Shown here piece after piece: positions 13,669-26,297 of a stretch of 64,000 bases of DNA (its first letter is position 1; each line of letters starts with the position of its first letter). The translations under genes were made by a program, and so were the position numbers. This DNA comes from Marsupella aquatica (taxonomy: Eukaryota > Plantae > Marchantiophyta), in contig OZ316892.1 of the NCBI GenBank assembly GCA_973895155.1, positions 10,396,283 to 10,460,282 of the forward strand, read 5' to 3'. The notes under the pieces are model-generated. The model was not told the DNA's origin, searched no databases, and saw only the letters and a list, made by a program, of their open reading frames with translations.

Positions 13669-14684
13669 ATAGTTTTATACCTGATGTGTGTGACTTGCTG
13701 CCAATACCCAGAGCATGCGCTTCGGATATGGTCATTTCCTTCCACAACGCCCCCCTGGCGGCTTCCTCGTACTTTTTACTCCTACGAACCTCCAGCAATT
13801 TCTCAACGTCACCGGGGTTGCCATTGCCAGTCGATACAGGATCGAAAGAATAGGAGCAAGGCAAGACGCGGTTACTTAAATACTTGTGAACTTTGGATTC
13901 GAGTACTTTGAGCGTGTGCGCAGTGTCGTCGGCGGTGCCAGTGGATTCGTGCCAGCCTTCCATGTGCCCCAAGACTCAGACCTAGGAAACTTAGAAAGAC
14001 GCACGTACTGCGAGCTTCTCTAGCGTTCAAGCCCTAGGTAGATTTGCTTAAGCATCGGAAAAGCTGGATACATGTCGAGCCCGCGCGAATAGATCTGTGG
14101 TCGACGGGCCCGAGCTAACCATGTTCTGCTTCTCTCGCGCTCGGTAGATCGATCTGGTTAAGCTTGGGAAAAGCCCGGGGAAAAGGGGAAAAGCCTGGAG
14201 ACATTCTTTCTCATTTCAGCGGCATAGCTGTAGACGTCGTTTTTAAGGTTACTGTTATGAGAGATACTGGTTTTAAGTTACTGTTGAAATTGTTCGTGGT
14301 TTAAGTGACTGTTTCATAGACGGTACTCATTCAAATATTTTCTTTCTAAGTTTCTCTAAGTTTAATTACTCGGTCTGAATCTTGGGGCACATGGAAGGCT
14401 GCCATGAATGCACTGGCACGGCCGACGACGCTGGGGACACGCTCAAAGTGCTCGAACTCGAAGTTCACAAGTATTCCAGGAACCGCCTCTTGGATTGTTC
14501 CTATTCTTTTGATCCTCTATCGACTGGCAATGGCCACCCCGGTGACGTTGAGAAATTGCTGGAGGTTCGTAGGAGGAAAAAGTACGAGGAAGCGGCCAGG
14601 GGGGCGTTGTGGAAGGAAATGACCATATCCGAAGCTCATGCTCTGGGTACTGGCAGCACGTCACGCAGATGAAGTATAAAACTA
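13669..14684. repeat. Long inverted repeat A1: arms ~13669-13998 and ~14340-14684, ~340-nt spacer
   Basis: The same peptide MGHMEG.HE.TGTADD...KKYEEAARGALWKEMTISEAHALG is encoded on - (13589-13972) and + (14382-14672). Confidence 0.95.
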
Positions 14685-14845
14685 TCTGGTTAAGCTTGGG
14701 AATAGCCTGGAGCCATTCTTTCTCATTTAAGCCGCATAGCTGTAGACGTCGTTTGTAAGGTTACTGTTATGAGAGATACTGGTTTTAAGTGACTATTTCA
14801 TAGACGGTACTCATTCAAATAGTTTTCCATCTTGATGGAACAGTC

Positions 14846-15462
14846 TGAACATGGTGAAGCGCGGCAGATGAAGTGTTGTGGAGTACCAGAAATGCTCATT
14901 TGTTTATTTAAGTGTCCAAACTTCATTTGGTTTAAGTTACTGGTAAGTTAGTGTGACGGTAGTGTGTCGTTTGTTTTTAAATAGTTGTACGTCGCTACAG
15001 TTACTGTAGGGACAATTGTGACGAAGGATAAAGGTATTGAATGCTTCGGTGAACATGGTGAAGCGCGGCAGATGAAGTGTTGTGGAGTACCAGAAATGCT
15101 CATTTGTTTATTTAAGTGTCCAAACTTCATTTGGTTTAAGTTACTGGTAAGTTAGTGTGACGGTAGTGTGTCGTTTGTTTTTAAATAGTTGTACGTCGCT
15201 ACAGTTACTGTAGGGACAATTGTGACGAAGGATAAAGGTATTGAATGCTTCGGTGAACATGGTGAAGCGCGGCAGATGAAGTGTTGTGGAGTACCAGAAA
15301 TGCTCATTTGTTTATTTAAGTGTCCAAACTTCATTTGTTTTAAGTTACTGGTAAGTTAGTGTGACGGTAGTGGTGTCGTTTGTTTTTAAATAGTTGTACG
15401 TCGCTACAGTTACTGTAGGGACAATTGTGACGAAGGATAAAGGTATTGAATGCTTCGGTGAA
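14846..15462. repeat. 204-bp near-perfect tandem triplication
   Basis: tgaacatggtgaagcgcggcag starts at 14846, 15050 and 15254. Single copy at the equivalent site in copy 2 (~29382). Confidence 0.95.
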
Positions 15463-15689
15463 AACCTGGACTCAGACAGCGTAGAGCGTCCTCCTTATTT
15501 CAAACTTGCTCAATGTCCTGGATGCTCTTAGTCCGGTTCATATGTTCACTTTCTCTCCTGGACAAAAAATTTGACGTGAGATACGTTAAGGGAAGTGCTT
15601 GACTGAAGGAACACAGCGGCCGGGTAAAGTTTAAGGCTGTGCTTCTGTCTGTGAGATTCCACCCCAGAAGGGAATAGATTAATTATACT

Positions 15690-16010
15690 CGATATGCAGG
15701 TCAAGGGGGCGCGCTGACAGGTTCTTATGAAGTTGGACGTTGCAGGAATAATTCAAGGCAATCGACAAGTTATTAACGGAGATGGGAACGAAGAGAAGCT
15801 TAGCTTAGAGTCGTGGAAGTTTCGGAAGCAGTGTTAATTGAAATAGCAGAATCCTATACTTCCAGCTCGATCGTGGTGAGCCTTAAGATTAGGTATTTTA
15901 CAGCCAGCGGTTCTAGGTGAATGCAATTCTTCGATTGTCCTACGAGCCAATTCAGCTACGCCACTTAAATATATTAGTTGTTTCGAGCCAGCAGTTCGAG
16001 TTGAATGCAA
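15690..16010 (-). pseudogene. LRR-like decayed coding fragment (also ~29810-30136, 33480-33800, 44980-45300)
   Basis: Minus frame LIYLSGVAELARRTIEELH...CKIPNLKAH shows LxxLxL periodicity and internal repeats. Confidence 0.35.
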
Positions 16011-17359
16011 GTCGATCTCCTATGGTCCTATGAACCTATAGCTACGTACGCGACTGCTCCTCACGAAGGTATGTTCCCATTGTCGTACGTAGTCACGGAG
16101 TATTGGTTCAGCCCGGGGTTCAGCCACTAGCAGATTATGTGGCCACCCACGTACAGCTTCTAGCCCTTTGATTGTATATTGAAATGAAATTTCAGTTATA
16201 TAGCAGGATGGCGGTGATTTGACATATTCTGTTGTGCGCAGGCTTTTAGATAACAGGTGGCGGTCCAGCTCTCAGAACGTGAGGCAGGTTAGTAACCGTA
16301 AACGTACATCAGGCCACGATCAATGACCTAGGTCCCCGATAATGGCCGTCTAATATTGTCGTGTAATTACAATCTGGAGTATTGTCTCTGGAGTTGCTTT
16401 CAATGGTTGTATTTGGAGAGTCCCTAGCTTTGGTAGAATTATGTTGAACTTCAAGTCCTATTTGTGCAGATCAAGAGATCATATACCATAACAAAGCAGG
16501 TCTAAGACAAACTAAGGGTTACAGGCAACAAAGATTCTACCAGGAGGCCTCTGATCTTCAAAAAGAGATCAACTGCAAGCCTGCGCGCGTGTGACATAAA
16601 TTTACGTTCTCTGATGAATTTACTTACATGAATGTCTGTTGTCACGCCGTTACGATAGCACGAAAGACCCACTGGAGATGGTGCGATTGTTCGTTTAGAG
16701 ATTATTTATTATGTTCTGCATTCAAATTGGCCATTTAATATTGCTTTTTTCCCTTTCTGTATAGATAAACTGTGCATTGGCAGAAGCCCGGGAGCGGACT
16801 ACACTACGCCAGCTTGGCACTGATAATGGTTTTTCAGTGCGTCCCAGGCCAAAGATCGAGCGTCCTCTGTGAGAGTGAAACGAACATTTGAATACTGTTT
16901 TCCCAGTATCCTTTGCCCCAAGCCTGACCGTGAGAACGTGTGATAAACTGGATGTTCTTCTTCTGTACTACATCTTGAAGGTGGTTTATCTGATGGCGAG
17001 GAACGACTTCGTCTGTTTCCTACTTAATACTCGGAACTACTTTTCTACAGGTAATGCAGAATGAAGTACAGCATAGGGAAAATATATAGGTGGCCCAAGG
17101 GGAAGTGGGAGATGGTTGGACCCATCAACAGCATACGAACGCTGCAGGCGCTTGGTGTGTTGTCGTTACTTTCTATTGAGTGAAAACCAGTTCCTTTATG
17201 TTGTTGTTACTTTGACGAAAGGGATATTGATTTTGCATGTACCTGAACATCATTTTCTGTTCGAATCGTTTACAGATAGCTTAGAAGTGAAAACTTCCAG
17301 CATGCTTTATTTATCTTGCTCAAGATTGTTAGTTACAGGTATTCGAGAATGAGATTGTA

Positions 17360-17901
17360 AGTTTATACCTGATGTTCGTGACGTGCTGCCAACACCCAGA
17401 GCATGCGCTTCGGATATGGTCATTTCCTTCCACAACGCCCCCTGGCGGCTTCCTCGTACTTTTTCCTCCTACGAACCTCTCGCAATTTCTCAACCTCACC
17501 GGGGTTGCCATTGCCAGTCGATACAGGATCGAAAGAATAGGACCAAGGCAAGACGCGGTTATTCAAATACTTGTGAACTTTGGATTCGGCCACTTTGACC
17601 CTGTCCCCAGCGTCGTCGGCGGTGCCACTGGATTCATGCCAGCCTTCCATGTGCCCGCGCTCAAAGTGCTCGAATCCAAAGTTTACAAGTATTTGAGTAA
17701 CCGCGTCTTGCCTTGCTCCTATTCTTTCCATCCTGTATCGACTGGCAATGGCAACCCCGGTGACGTTGAGAAATTGCTGGAGGTTCGTAGGAGGAAAAAG
17801 TACGAGGAAGCCGCCAGGGGGGCGTTGTGGAAGGAAATGACCATATCCGAAGCTCATGCTCTGGGTACTGGCAGCACGTCAAGCACATCAGGTATAAAAC
17901 T
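17360..17901. repeat. Long inverted repeat B1: arms ~17360-17598 and ~17661-17901, ~60-nt loop
   Basis: Mirror ORFs 17372-17980(+) and 17420-17857(-); arms reverse-complementary with few mismatches. Confidence 0.95.
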
Positions 17902-18269
17902 ATCTGGTTACTTAAGCTTGGGAAAAGCCTGGAGCCATTGCTTCAAATTGAATGAGCAAGATAAGTTTATGGGAAGCTGAGGCACTATGAGCAAGATAAG
18001 TCACTATGAGCAAGAAGAGTCCACCTTTTATGTATCGATCTATTCAGGGCGCCGCTTAGAGATTAATGACATAAATTGAATGTGTGATTCTGATTTGCTC
18101 AATTGTGGACAGTACGTCGAAGTGCAGGCGAGCTTGGCAAGCAATAATTCGACCAATGTCTTCGATCTGGTAGACTTAAAGATGAAAATGAGGGAGCTGC
18201 AGCAACAGCAACATCGATTGACGGAAGTCCAGGCACGCTCTCAAAACAATGGGTCAACTTCTGGTAGAG

Positions 18270-18680
18270 TTAAGATGAAAATGACGGAGCTGCATCAATT
18301 GACAGAGGGCAACTGACTGCCCGTGCTTTCTTGAAGGAAGTAGAGCAGTCCAATGCCCTCGCTATTGGTAGAAATTCAGGTAATTAACTATCGCAGCCTA
18401 GAATACCGGCCTGTACGCCAATAAAACTTCCAGCATGCTTAGTTTTATGTATCTTTGTCAATCTGGTTTAGTCGCCACCATAGAGGCAAGATACGTTTAG
18501 AGGTAGATCTAGATTCAGTCCTTCAATCTGATTACGCTGAGATAGTCAATTACCTGAATTGCCACCAATAGCTAGGGTATTGGGTAGCTTTATCTCCTAC
18601 AAGAAAGCACGCGCCGTCAGTTGGACCTCTAGCTGTCAATTGATGTTGCTCCAGCTCCCTCATTTTCATTTTTAGTTCAT
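18270..18680. repeat. Diverged inverted repeat of an LRR-like fragment: arms ~18270-18400 and ~18535-18680
   Basis: atgaaaatgacggagctgcatcaattgacag...gtgctttcttg...gctattggtagaaattcaggtaattaactatc is matched by the reverse complement of 18535-18680. The adjacent minus ORF reads LEVIISGCKSLSNLPGLS. Confidence 0.8.
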
Positions 18681-20899
18681 TGGACCTCTTCCTTCGAGAA
18701 AGCCCTGGCAAATTTGACAAACTTTTGCATCCTGAAATGATGACTTCCAGCTGTTTCTCTGCTTCGTCAACCGGGTTCCCAGTCGATGCATTCATTGCAG
18801 CGTACCTAAGGATAAAACTGTAGAATTTGCTGTGCCTGGATCAGAGGGTCGACAAGCTCGCGTCAATACTGGTGAACACACACTGCTTCTTCCATCTGCA
18901 GCTAGGCCAGGTGCTAATTTGATCTTGTTACATGAGCTTTGGAACAGTCTTGCACAAATTTAAATGTGTTCTCGTATGTGTCATCTAGGATTCAAGCCCC
19001 ACAGTGTGTAGAGACGTCGTTTGTTGTAATTAAGTTACTGTTCAAGTGAGCGAAGCAATGGCGAGTCGTTCGTTTTAAGTTAGTGTTAAGTGATGGTAGT
19101 GACAATTGTCACGAACTCAACGATAATGGTATTGACTGCTTCGGTGAAAACCTGGACGTAGACAGTCCTCAGACACTAGTTTCAAATTTTATTTTGCCTT
19201 GTGCCGTTGGGAGTAACTTGCTCAGAGAGTCCTCCAGACCTTAAATAGTTTCAACATTTATTTTGCCTTGTGCCATTGAGAGTACCTGTCCTGGATGCTC
19301 TTAGCTCATATGTTCACTTTCTCTCCTGGACAAAAAATTTAAAGTGAGATACTTTGTAGCGCGCAAAGTTTGAGGCGGTTCCACCCCTGAAGGGAAGAAC
19401 AGATTAATTAGTCCAGGGAAGAATAGATTAATTACTTAGTATGTTTTTTCATTTTGCTGCAGCTCTATAGTGTGTTAAATTTTCATCACCACAGTCACTA
19501 GTTTTGGTAGGGCTGAGGCTGTTGGTTATAGGGAGTTTTGGTAGGGAGGCTGTTGGTTATAGGGCCTCTTGACTTGAAGGCCTCCAACAAATTCCACTCC
19601 ATGACCCTCCTATGTGGCTTTTGTCAGTTCGCTGCTCAATATATATTGCTTTAGTTCTTAAATTACCTTAGTTTCTAGGAGACTCTATCTCGTCCTCTTT
19701 GGCTCTTCTCTCTTCCAGGTTCTTTTCCTTGTTTTCTTGCCTTAGGGAGCCTGTCACATGAATTGATGCTTTTGGTTTTTTAGCAGTGTGATATTTATAT
19801 ATCTTGGCTCTTGCAAACATGTACTCAACTACACTCCATGCACCCTTCCTAAGTGTATGCATGGAGAACTGGAGAAGTCAACTGCATTCTGTGGACAAGT
19901 GTAGGATGGTCATCTGGTCCTCTCATATTACTAACAGATTTTTTATTTGTAATCATCAAAATATGCAGTTTTCATAAGTGTGTCTTTCACACGCATATAT
20001 CTATCTATTTATATAAAATTGAATTTCTGCCAATAAATGTTTACTTGCATTTATCCGTTATTGCAAAAGTACACAACTGAAGATGCATTTATTGATAAGA
20101 GCTTGTAACTTGTAATTAATTAAACTACTTCCTTGCACTTATCCAGTTTGTAAGGGGTTGTACAAGCGTGAAACTAACTTTTATACACTTTCTATTCACA
20201 GTAAGCTCTGCTGCAAGCCTACGGTAGGGAGTTTACTGTATGCCTAGAGAGCCAGGCCTGGAAGTTCAAAAGTGGGACTAATATACAAGGACAACTTCAA
20301 ACAAAACTTGACCCCAAACTTGACCCCTCGCCACCTCCGGCATCACGGAGTTGTCTTGCATTTTGTGGGAGTGTCTAACGAGATCAGGCATGAAACGATA
20401 TCTCCATCATGACCGGGCCGATGACTTGAGAACTTGGCCCCTTAGCTTGTTTGATCAAGTCAAGCCAGTTTGTAATCAAATCATGCCTAATATATTTTTG
20501 TAATTAATTTACTGTCCATAATTATTTCTCTTTGATTTGGATGTAGAGAGCAAGTGAGGTTATGATGTTGTTTGCAGTTATATGGGGAAAGCAGGTAGGT
20601 TTAGGAAGCTCCAAAATGGAACTAAGAGGACTTGGGACTAATGTTTTTAATATGTATGTTTAGGTACATGTAGATGCAGTTCTTCAATGTGACCAATAAT
20701 CAAGTACATTATTTATTTAACTTGTATAAACAAGACCATATCATGGATGGTAGGCTTGTGCGAGGCTATTCTAAAGTTCATGCAACCAGAGGTCATGTAA
20801 CTTAGAGTCACTACTGATAAAAGAAAAAGTGCATCTTGTTCATCAATATTGGAATGTCTTGAACTTGCACAACCTTTAAATCCAAGCATAACTAATCTA

Positions 20900-21194
20900 G
20901 TAATCCCAGCTAAGTAGTAATTTTACCTATAGGTACGTTACAATGGATGTATTGGATGACAACCTGGCTGATGAAGCAAAAAATAAGCTGGAAGTTACCA
21001 TATTTTATTTACCAATATTTGAGGAGGCAGAGTTTGAAAAATCATCCTTAGCATTCTTGAAGGACATGAAGCAATATCAATTGACACAGGCTCACGTGAC
21101 GATTAGGGAGTTCTTGGAGGAGATAGAGCGGCCCAATACCCTGTTATTGGTAGCAGTCCAGACAATTGACTATCACAAGCTAGAATACTTGTGA
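20900..21194 (+). pseudogene. LRR-like decayed coding fragment (also 37690-38025 and 49117-49465)
   Basis: LECLELAQPLNPSITNLVI...QLTQVQVRIREFLEEIERPNTLLLVAVQTIDYHKLEYL resembles NLR-type LxxLxIxxCxxLEEI repeats; frameshifted. Confidence 0.45.
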
Positions 21195-22355
21195 ATACCT
21201 TCTATAAGTACTTTTTATGTATGTTTATATAAGTAAATCTAGGTGGAGTTCTTCAATGACTGTGGCTGGTAACCAAATGCATCTATCCTAGTACACACAA
21301 CTTGGGATTAAAATATAATAGTCAGATGTATGATGCCTTGCTCAATTTGGGGATAGGATCTTGTCCCAAAGCCGATGTCAAGTTGCTGTACGTTGTATCT
21401 TGCAAACAATGGTTCAACTTCTTTTGGTGGACTTAAGATAAAAATGACAAACATCTACAAGTAGGATAACTGCAAATAGGGGTTTAATGAATCTTCAAAA
21501 TGATTTGCATGCAGACCAGTCGTGTAGTCCCCTAACATTTCAAAGCTTTTCTTTGTAAATGCCTAAAAAGAATGATATCTGTAATTAAAGGCATTTTTGT
21601 GTATAAGAGTTGACATGCTTTTCTTTGTAAATGCACAAAAAAATACTCTGTAATTAAAGGCATTTTTGTGCATAAGAGTGGACATGCATTTATCAGTTGC
21701 TGCAATGCATACAATCGAAGCATTTATTGAAAAGTGCAGCACATAACTACAGTACATACAGTACTTTTGTGCACTTATCTTGCAGTACGACGGGGGTGTG
21801 AGGAGTCGAGTGGGTATGACCGGACAGGACATATGAAGAATTGCATAAGAGATTTCACATGCACTTGTTGAACAGTAGCATGCTCACATGGAGAAATATA
21901 AAAATGATAACCCATGCACTTATAATTAGTGCATAACCTGGATAAGTGCAGGATTTGGGCATCATCCAGGGAATTATTAGACATGGTAAGTAGGCTGTTC
22001 AATTGGCTGGGTCTAAGCACGCACCCCATTAATGCAAAAATGTGCAAGGCATCTTGATCTTCCCTTTTCTATCACATGGAATATGCACGTTTTGTACATC
22101 TTTTCTATGCACACACTGACCTTAACAAAAACTTTAGAAGCTCAAACCCTTGATTTAAGTGTTTATCTGCACTAATTTGCAAACACACAATCCCATGTAA
22201 TTGCATGTACTTATAAATGCACACCCATTTTGAGTAGCATAAAAAATTGCAGTAATGGAGTTGGGCACAGAATGTGGGCAGGGTATACAATGTGTATGAG
22301 GCACAAGATTGCTCACTGACTAATTAAGGGGCCCATTGCACATGCATGCCAGCAA

Positions 22356-25057
22356 TGTCAACGAAGCTTTAGACACATAATGTCGCCTGCAATTCTATAA
22401 TAGACTTTGTTTTCAAGGGCTCTTGTTTTGTTTACTTTTGTGTTAAGCTTCTCAGTTTCGCTTCCACTGTAAGTGTCACTTGTTTTTGAATTACGGCCGT
22501 GCCCCTCACCCTAGCTCTGTGCTGGACAGGGCTGTCCGTGGCCTCTATGTGCCCTTCGGGGAAAAACTGGAAACACATTTGTGGAAATACATCACAATTG
22601 TATTTCAACCAATTTCGTTCATGCGCGCGCACCGACTGTTTGTTTGTGTTTTACAATGTGTTCTCGTTCTTTAGCATCACAAGTTATGGGCCTAGATGTT
22701 CTTTGATTCATACTGAGTGAATACGTCGTTGCTTACACATTTTATTTTAGTTTTTCCATTATGGCATTCTCTTTCTGAGACTCGAGTCATTTGATTACCA
22801 AACTTGAAGGCAATATTAACTATGAGAATTGGCAAATGCTCATCTCTGCAAGCTTAGCTGCCGGTAGTGTCTGGAAATTTGTGAATGGAACTGCTACTCC
22901 ACCGGTTCAACAGGTAGATGAACGGGATTATCTCTTTCAAGCACGTCTTGAACATTACAATGCCCAAGGCGCTCATGCTCGTATGAACATTCTTTCCACA
23001 TGCAAACCGCACATTCAGACGTCCATAGCTAGTATCACTAGCTACGGCCAAGGAATGTGGGAACATCTTAAGTACACTGTTCACCGTAATTAGTGTTATG
23101 CAAGAATTAGTGTTAGTACAAAATTAGTGTTACTAACACTAATTTTGGTAAAAATGATTTTGAGTCCAAGTAACACTAATTTTTGTCGGTTTTCAAAATG
23201 AATTTTTTTCAATTTAGTTTAAATTGCTTGTAAAAAACGGATGATCTCTAGTCCAAAGTAACACTAATTGTTGTGGATTTTTTAAAAATAGTTTTTTTCT
23301 TTGTATTTTGCCACTTTTAAGACCACAATAACACTAATTCATGTGCGCGAAAATAGTGTTAGCACAAAATTAGTGTGACTAACACTAATTCACGAGTAGA
23401 CCCTGAAAATGGGTGCTCTCGAATTAGTGTTACTCACACTAATTACGGTGAATAGTGTAGACTTATCAGCCTCAAGGATTGATTCAAAAGCATGATAATT
23501 GGGTGAATTTTGTCAAATTACAATATTGTGGGGAGGAGATGGAAGTGTTCGGCATTTCCTATCGTGAAGCCATTGATTGTTGTACTGCAGCAGGGATTAA
23601 GATCGACCCTGTGGCACAGGTCATGCAGTTTATTCACATTATGGATGAACATTTTGATCAATTGATGGGTGTTTTCTAAACGTGAGCGTCGTAATCCTAA
23701 CAATTTGTCTTCTTTAGATCTGCTCATTTTTGAAGCTAAGGATGAATGGCGTAGAAAGTCAAAACGTGAGCGACCTACTTTGCAAGTCAATGTTGCATCT
23801 CCATCACCTCCTCCAACGACAAATTACAATGATACTTCAGCTCCTGCCACACCTTGCAAGGAGATTTGTCCTTACTGCCGATTGCCTAGACATCAAGAAG
23901 AGATGTGCTATTATAAACACGTACATTTGCGTCGGCCAGGATGGCAACCAAATACTATCACCATGCAGCGAATACAAGAGCGATAACGCTCAGACAACCA
24001 CCTCAATTCCCGCTCCAATCAAATCAGTGCCACTGGATGTCTTCAATTTCGTTCAGTTTGCACAACACGCTCATTCTGCAACAGCATTCACCATCGATAA
24101 AGATACTTGGATTGTTGATTCTGGAGCAAATCATCACTTGTGCAACAATCATCAGTACGTTGCTCTCACAATATATAGTCGATCTGATCTCCATTAATAC
24201 TGGGGCAGGGTCCATTATATCTCCCGGATATGGTACCATTGACCTACAATTACAATGCACGGATCAAATTTTCCAATCAATACGTTTAAACCATGTTCGG
24301 TATATGCCTACAAGTGTTCTTAATACCATGTCTAAACATTTGCTTGAACAACGGGGCGTATATTGGCAGGGCTAGCAGTCTAAGTTTGTCATTCTTCCAG
24401 GTGGTCAACAATTTGCTTACGTCGCAAAGGTAGATGGCCTTAAGGTCCTCCATGTCAAAACTACTCCGGCCAACAACTATCAGGTCACTACTGTGTCTCT
24501 TCCATCTGTTAGTCTTATCACTTTGCATAGAAGACTACCACACTTAAACATCGACAACATTAAACATTTCATCAAGGCTGAGGGAATTAATCTTACCGAT
24601 TCTTCTCCTTTCATTTTTTGCAACACATATATGTGCTTTGGCAAAGTCTACTCGTGTTATTTGCCGGGAACATCATACTCGGGTTCCTAAGCCTTTTCAG
24701 CGTGTCCATCTTGATCTTTGTGGTCCTATGTCTAAGTTAGGGATAGGTAATAAGAAGTATTTTCTCCTGATCACTGATGATCACACTCGTTATTGATGGA
24801 TTTCATGCCACATAACAAAGGGCAAGCTGTCTCAGTTATTCAACAATTTTTTGCAGCAATTGCAAATCAATACTAATCAATGATTGTGGAGGTTTTTTGT
24901 GATAATGGCCAGAGTTTGGCAGTAATGTTTTCAAGGATTTTCTTGCTGCCAGAAGGTGTCGCATGGTACATTCTGCTCCCTATCACCACACACAGGACGG
25001 CATTGCTGAGCATTCAAATGGTATCATTACAGAGAAGGCTCATACAATGCTGCTTGA
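22356..25057 (+). mobile_element. Ty1/Copia retrotransposon, 3'-truncated: 5' LTR 22356-22681, PBS, gag, protease, integrase; no RT or 3' LTR
   Basis: LTR TG...CA; PBS agttatgggcctag at 22682-22695; gag KLEGNINYENW; knuckle CPYCRLPRHQEEMC; protease WIVDSGANHHLC; integrase FQRVHLDLCGP, LLITDDHTRY, CDNG, QDGIAE. Stops and frameshifts present. Confidence 0.92.
23075..23457. mobile_element. 383-bp MITE inserted in Copia gag, TA target-site duplication (Tc1/mariner-type)
   Basis: TA|cactgttcaccgtaattagtgt ... acactaattacggtgaatagtg|TA; 22-bp TIR with 1 mismatch; many internal aattagtgtt/aacactaatt motifs. Confidence 0.9.
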
Positions 25058-25327
25058 TTATGTATTTCCTCCCCTTTTGCCATTGCCACCTGTGTTGCTG
25101 TTTCCCATGCCTTTTGATGCCGTTGTCCTCATGATGTACTAACACAAATGGTTGGCTACCACAATATCAGCCAAGGTACATCTACCATCTTGTACCATGG
25201 TAAGATCAGTGTGTAATTTATTGGCCGGGGACAGACAAGGCAATTATTCCCTTATAGTCATGGTTTAGAGAATTCAATCTAGACTGTAGGCCAAGGCAAT
25301 AGCTTTAATTGCAATTATACATAGTTA

Positions 25328-25573
25328 TCTATAACTATAATAAGGGATCTCGCCTTTTTTTGTCCTTTGTTCCAATACAAAAAAGCTCCTGGGCGGGAAA
25401 CATCCACAGCCATTGGATTCGATTGGCTGTTTCCCTGACCATTGATGGAGGAAATGTGCACCCCTAGCACATATGTTGATATGTGCTTCCCGTTGCCCCA
25501 TAAATGCCCTAGCCCAACTCCCTATGGGCCGGCCCTCCTTGAATCGTGCAATGCATGGGCATAGGGCTCCTAG
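25328..25573 (+). mobile_element. Short non-autonomous Helitron (copy 2)
   Basis: A|TCTATAACTATAATAAG ... CGTGCAATGCATGGGCA...CTAG. Confidence 0.65.
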
Positions 25574-26297
25574 GTAGATAAATAAAGATAATTTTCTTCT
25601 TTCTAAGTTTTGGGGGTTTACATTTACAAACAAAATTAAACAAAAGGAAGTTGAAGCTAGGTTTGAACTTGGGGGTCTCACTACATAGAGGCACCCCCAT
25701 CACCTGTAACGTTTTTAAGCTCTGCACCCCCTCAAATGTAACATTTTTTTTTGAATTTTTGAAACATTATAAAGTTAGAATATTCTTGGAATATTTCAAA
25801 ATTTTGATTAAAAAGACCCTAATAACTCCAAATTGGATTTAAAGGACCATAACTTTCTTACACAAAAATTTCTAAGTATTCTCTTTAAATCAATAAAATT
25901 ACTCTATTCTTCATTGCCTGTGATGTGCCGATTCTATGGAAGTGAAACCCGTGAGGGTTTGAACCCTAACTCACCCTGAACCATCAATCCTCACAGTCCA
26001 CCAAGGTACTTAAAACTCTAATGGTCTCCAAACTAAAATAATTTTAAACTTGTGGAACGCATAGTACCCAATGTCTGAATTATTCTTTGCCCAGACTATC
26101 AGGCTTCATGAGGTTTTCTCCTTCATTTGTTGCCAGTTATTGGGTCTCTTGCCTCAGGGATTGTGTCTCCTGGTTGGGTGGCTTTGTTTCTGGGCAATGT
26201 GATGTATGGATACCATACTTCAGAGAGATTTTGGGGAGCATGATACCTTATCATAGTGGTTAATGTTTTGTCCCTAAAGCCTCTCCAAGTGTCTGCT

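Larger units (their letters stand above)
10577..25057. repeat. Segmental repeat copy 1 (mosaic unit plus the longest Copia remnant)
   Basis: Begins ttatgtatttcctccccttttgccattg, also found at ~25058 and ~39869. Collinear blocks are shared with copies 2 and 3, and several ORF-track peptides recur almost identically. Confidence 0.92.

Noticed and set aside
17372-17980. 180-200-aa ORFs across the hairpins as real genes
   Set aside because: They are fusions of antisense and sense frames of the same arm, mirrored on both strands, and are broken differently in each copy.
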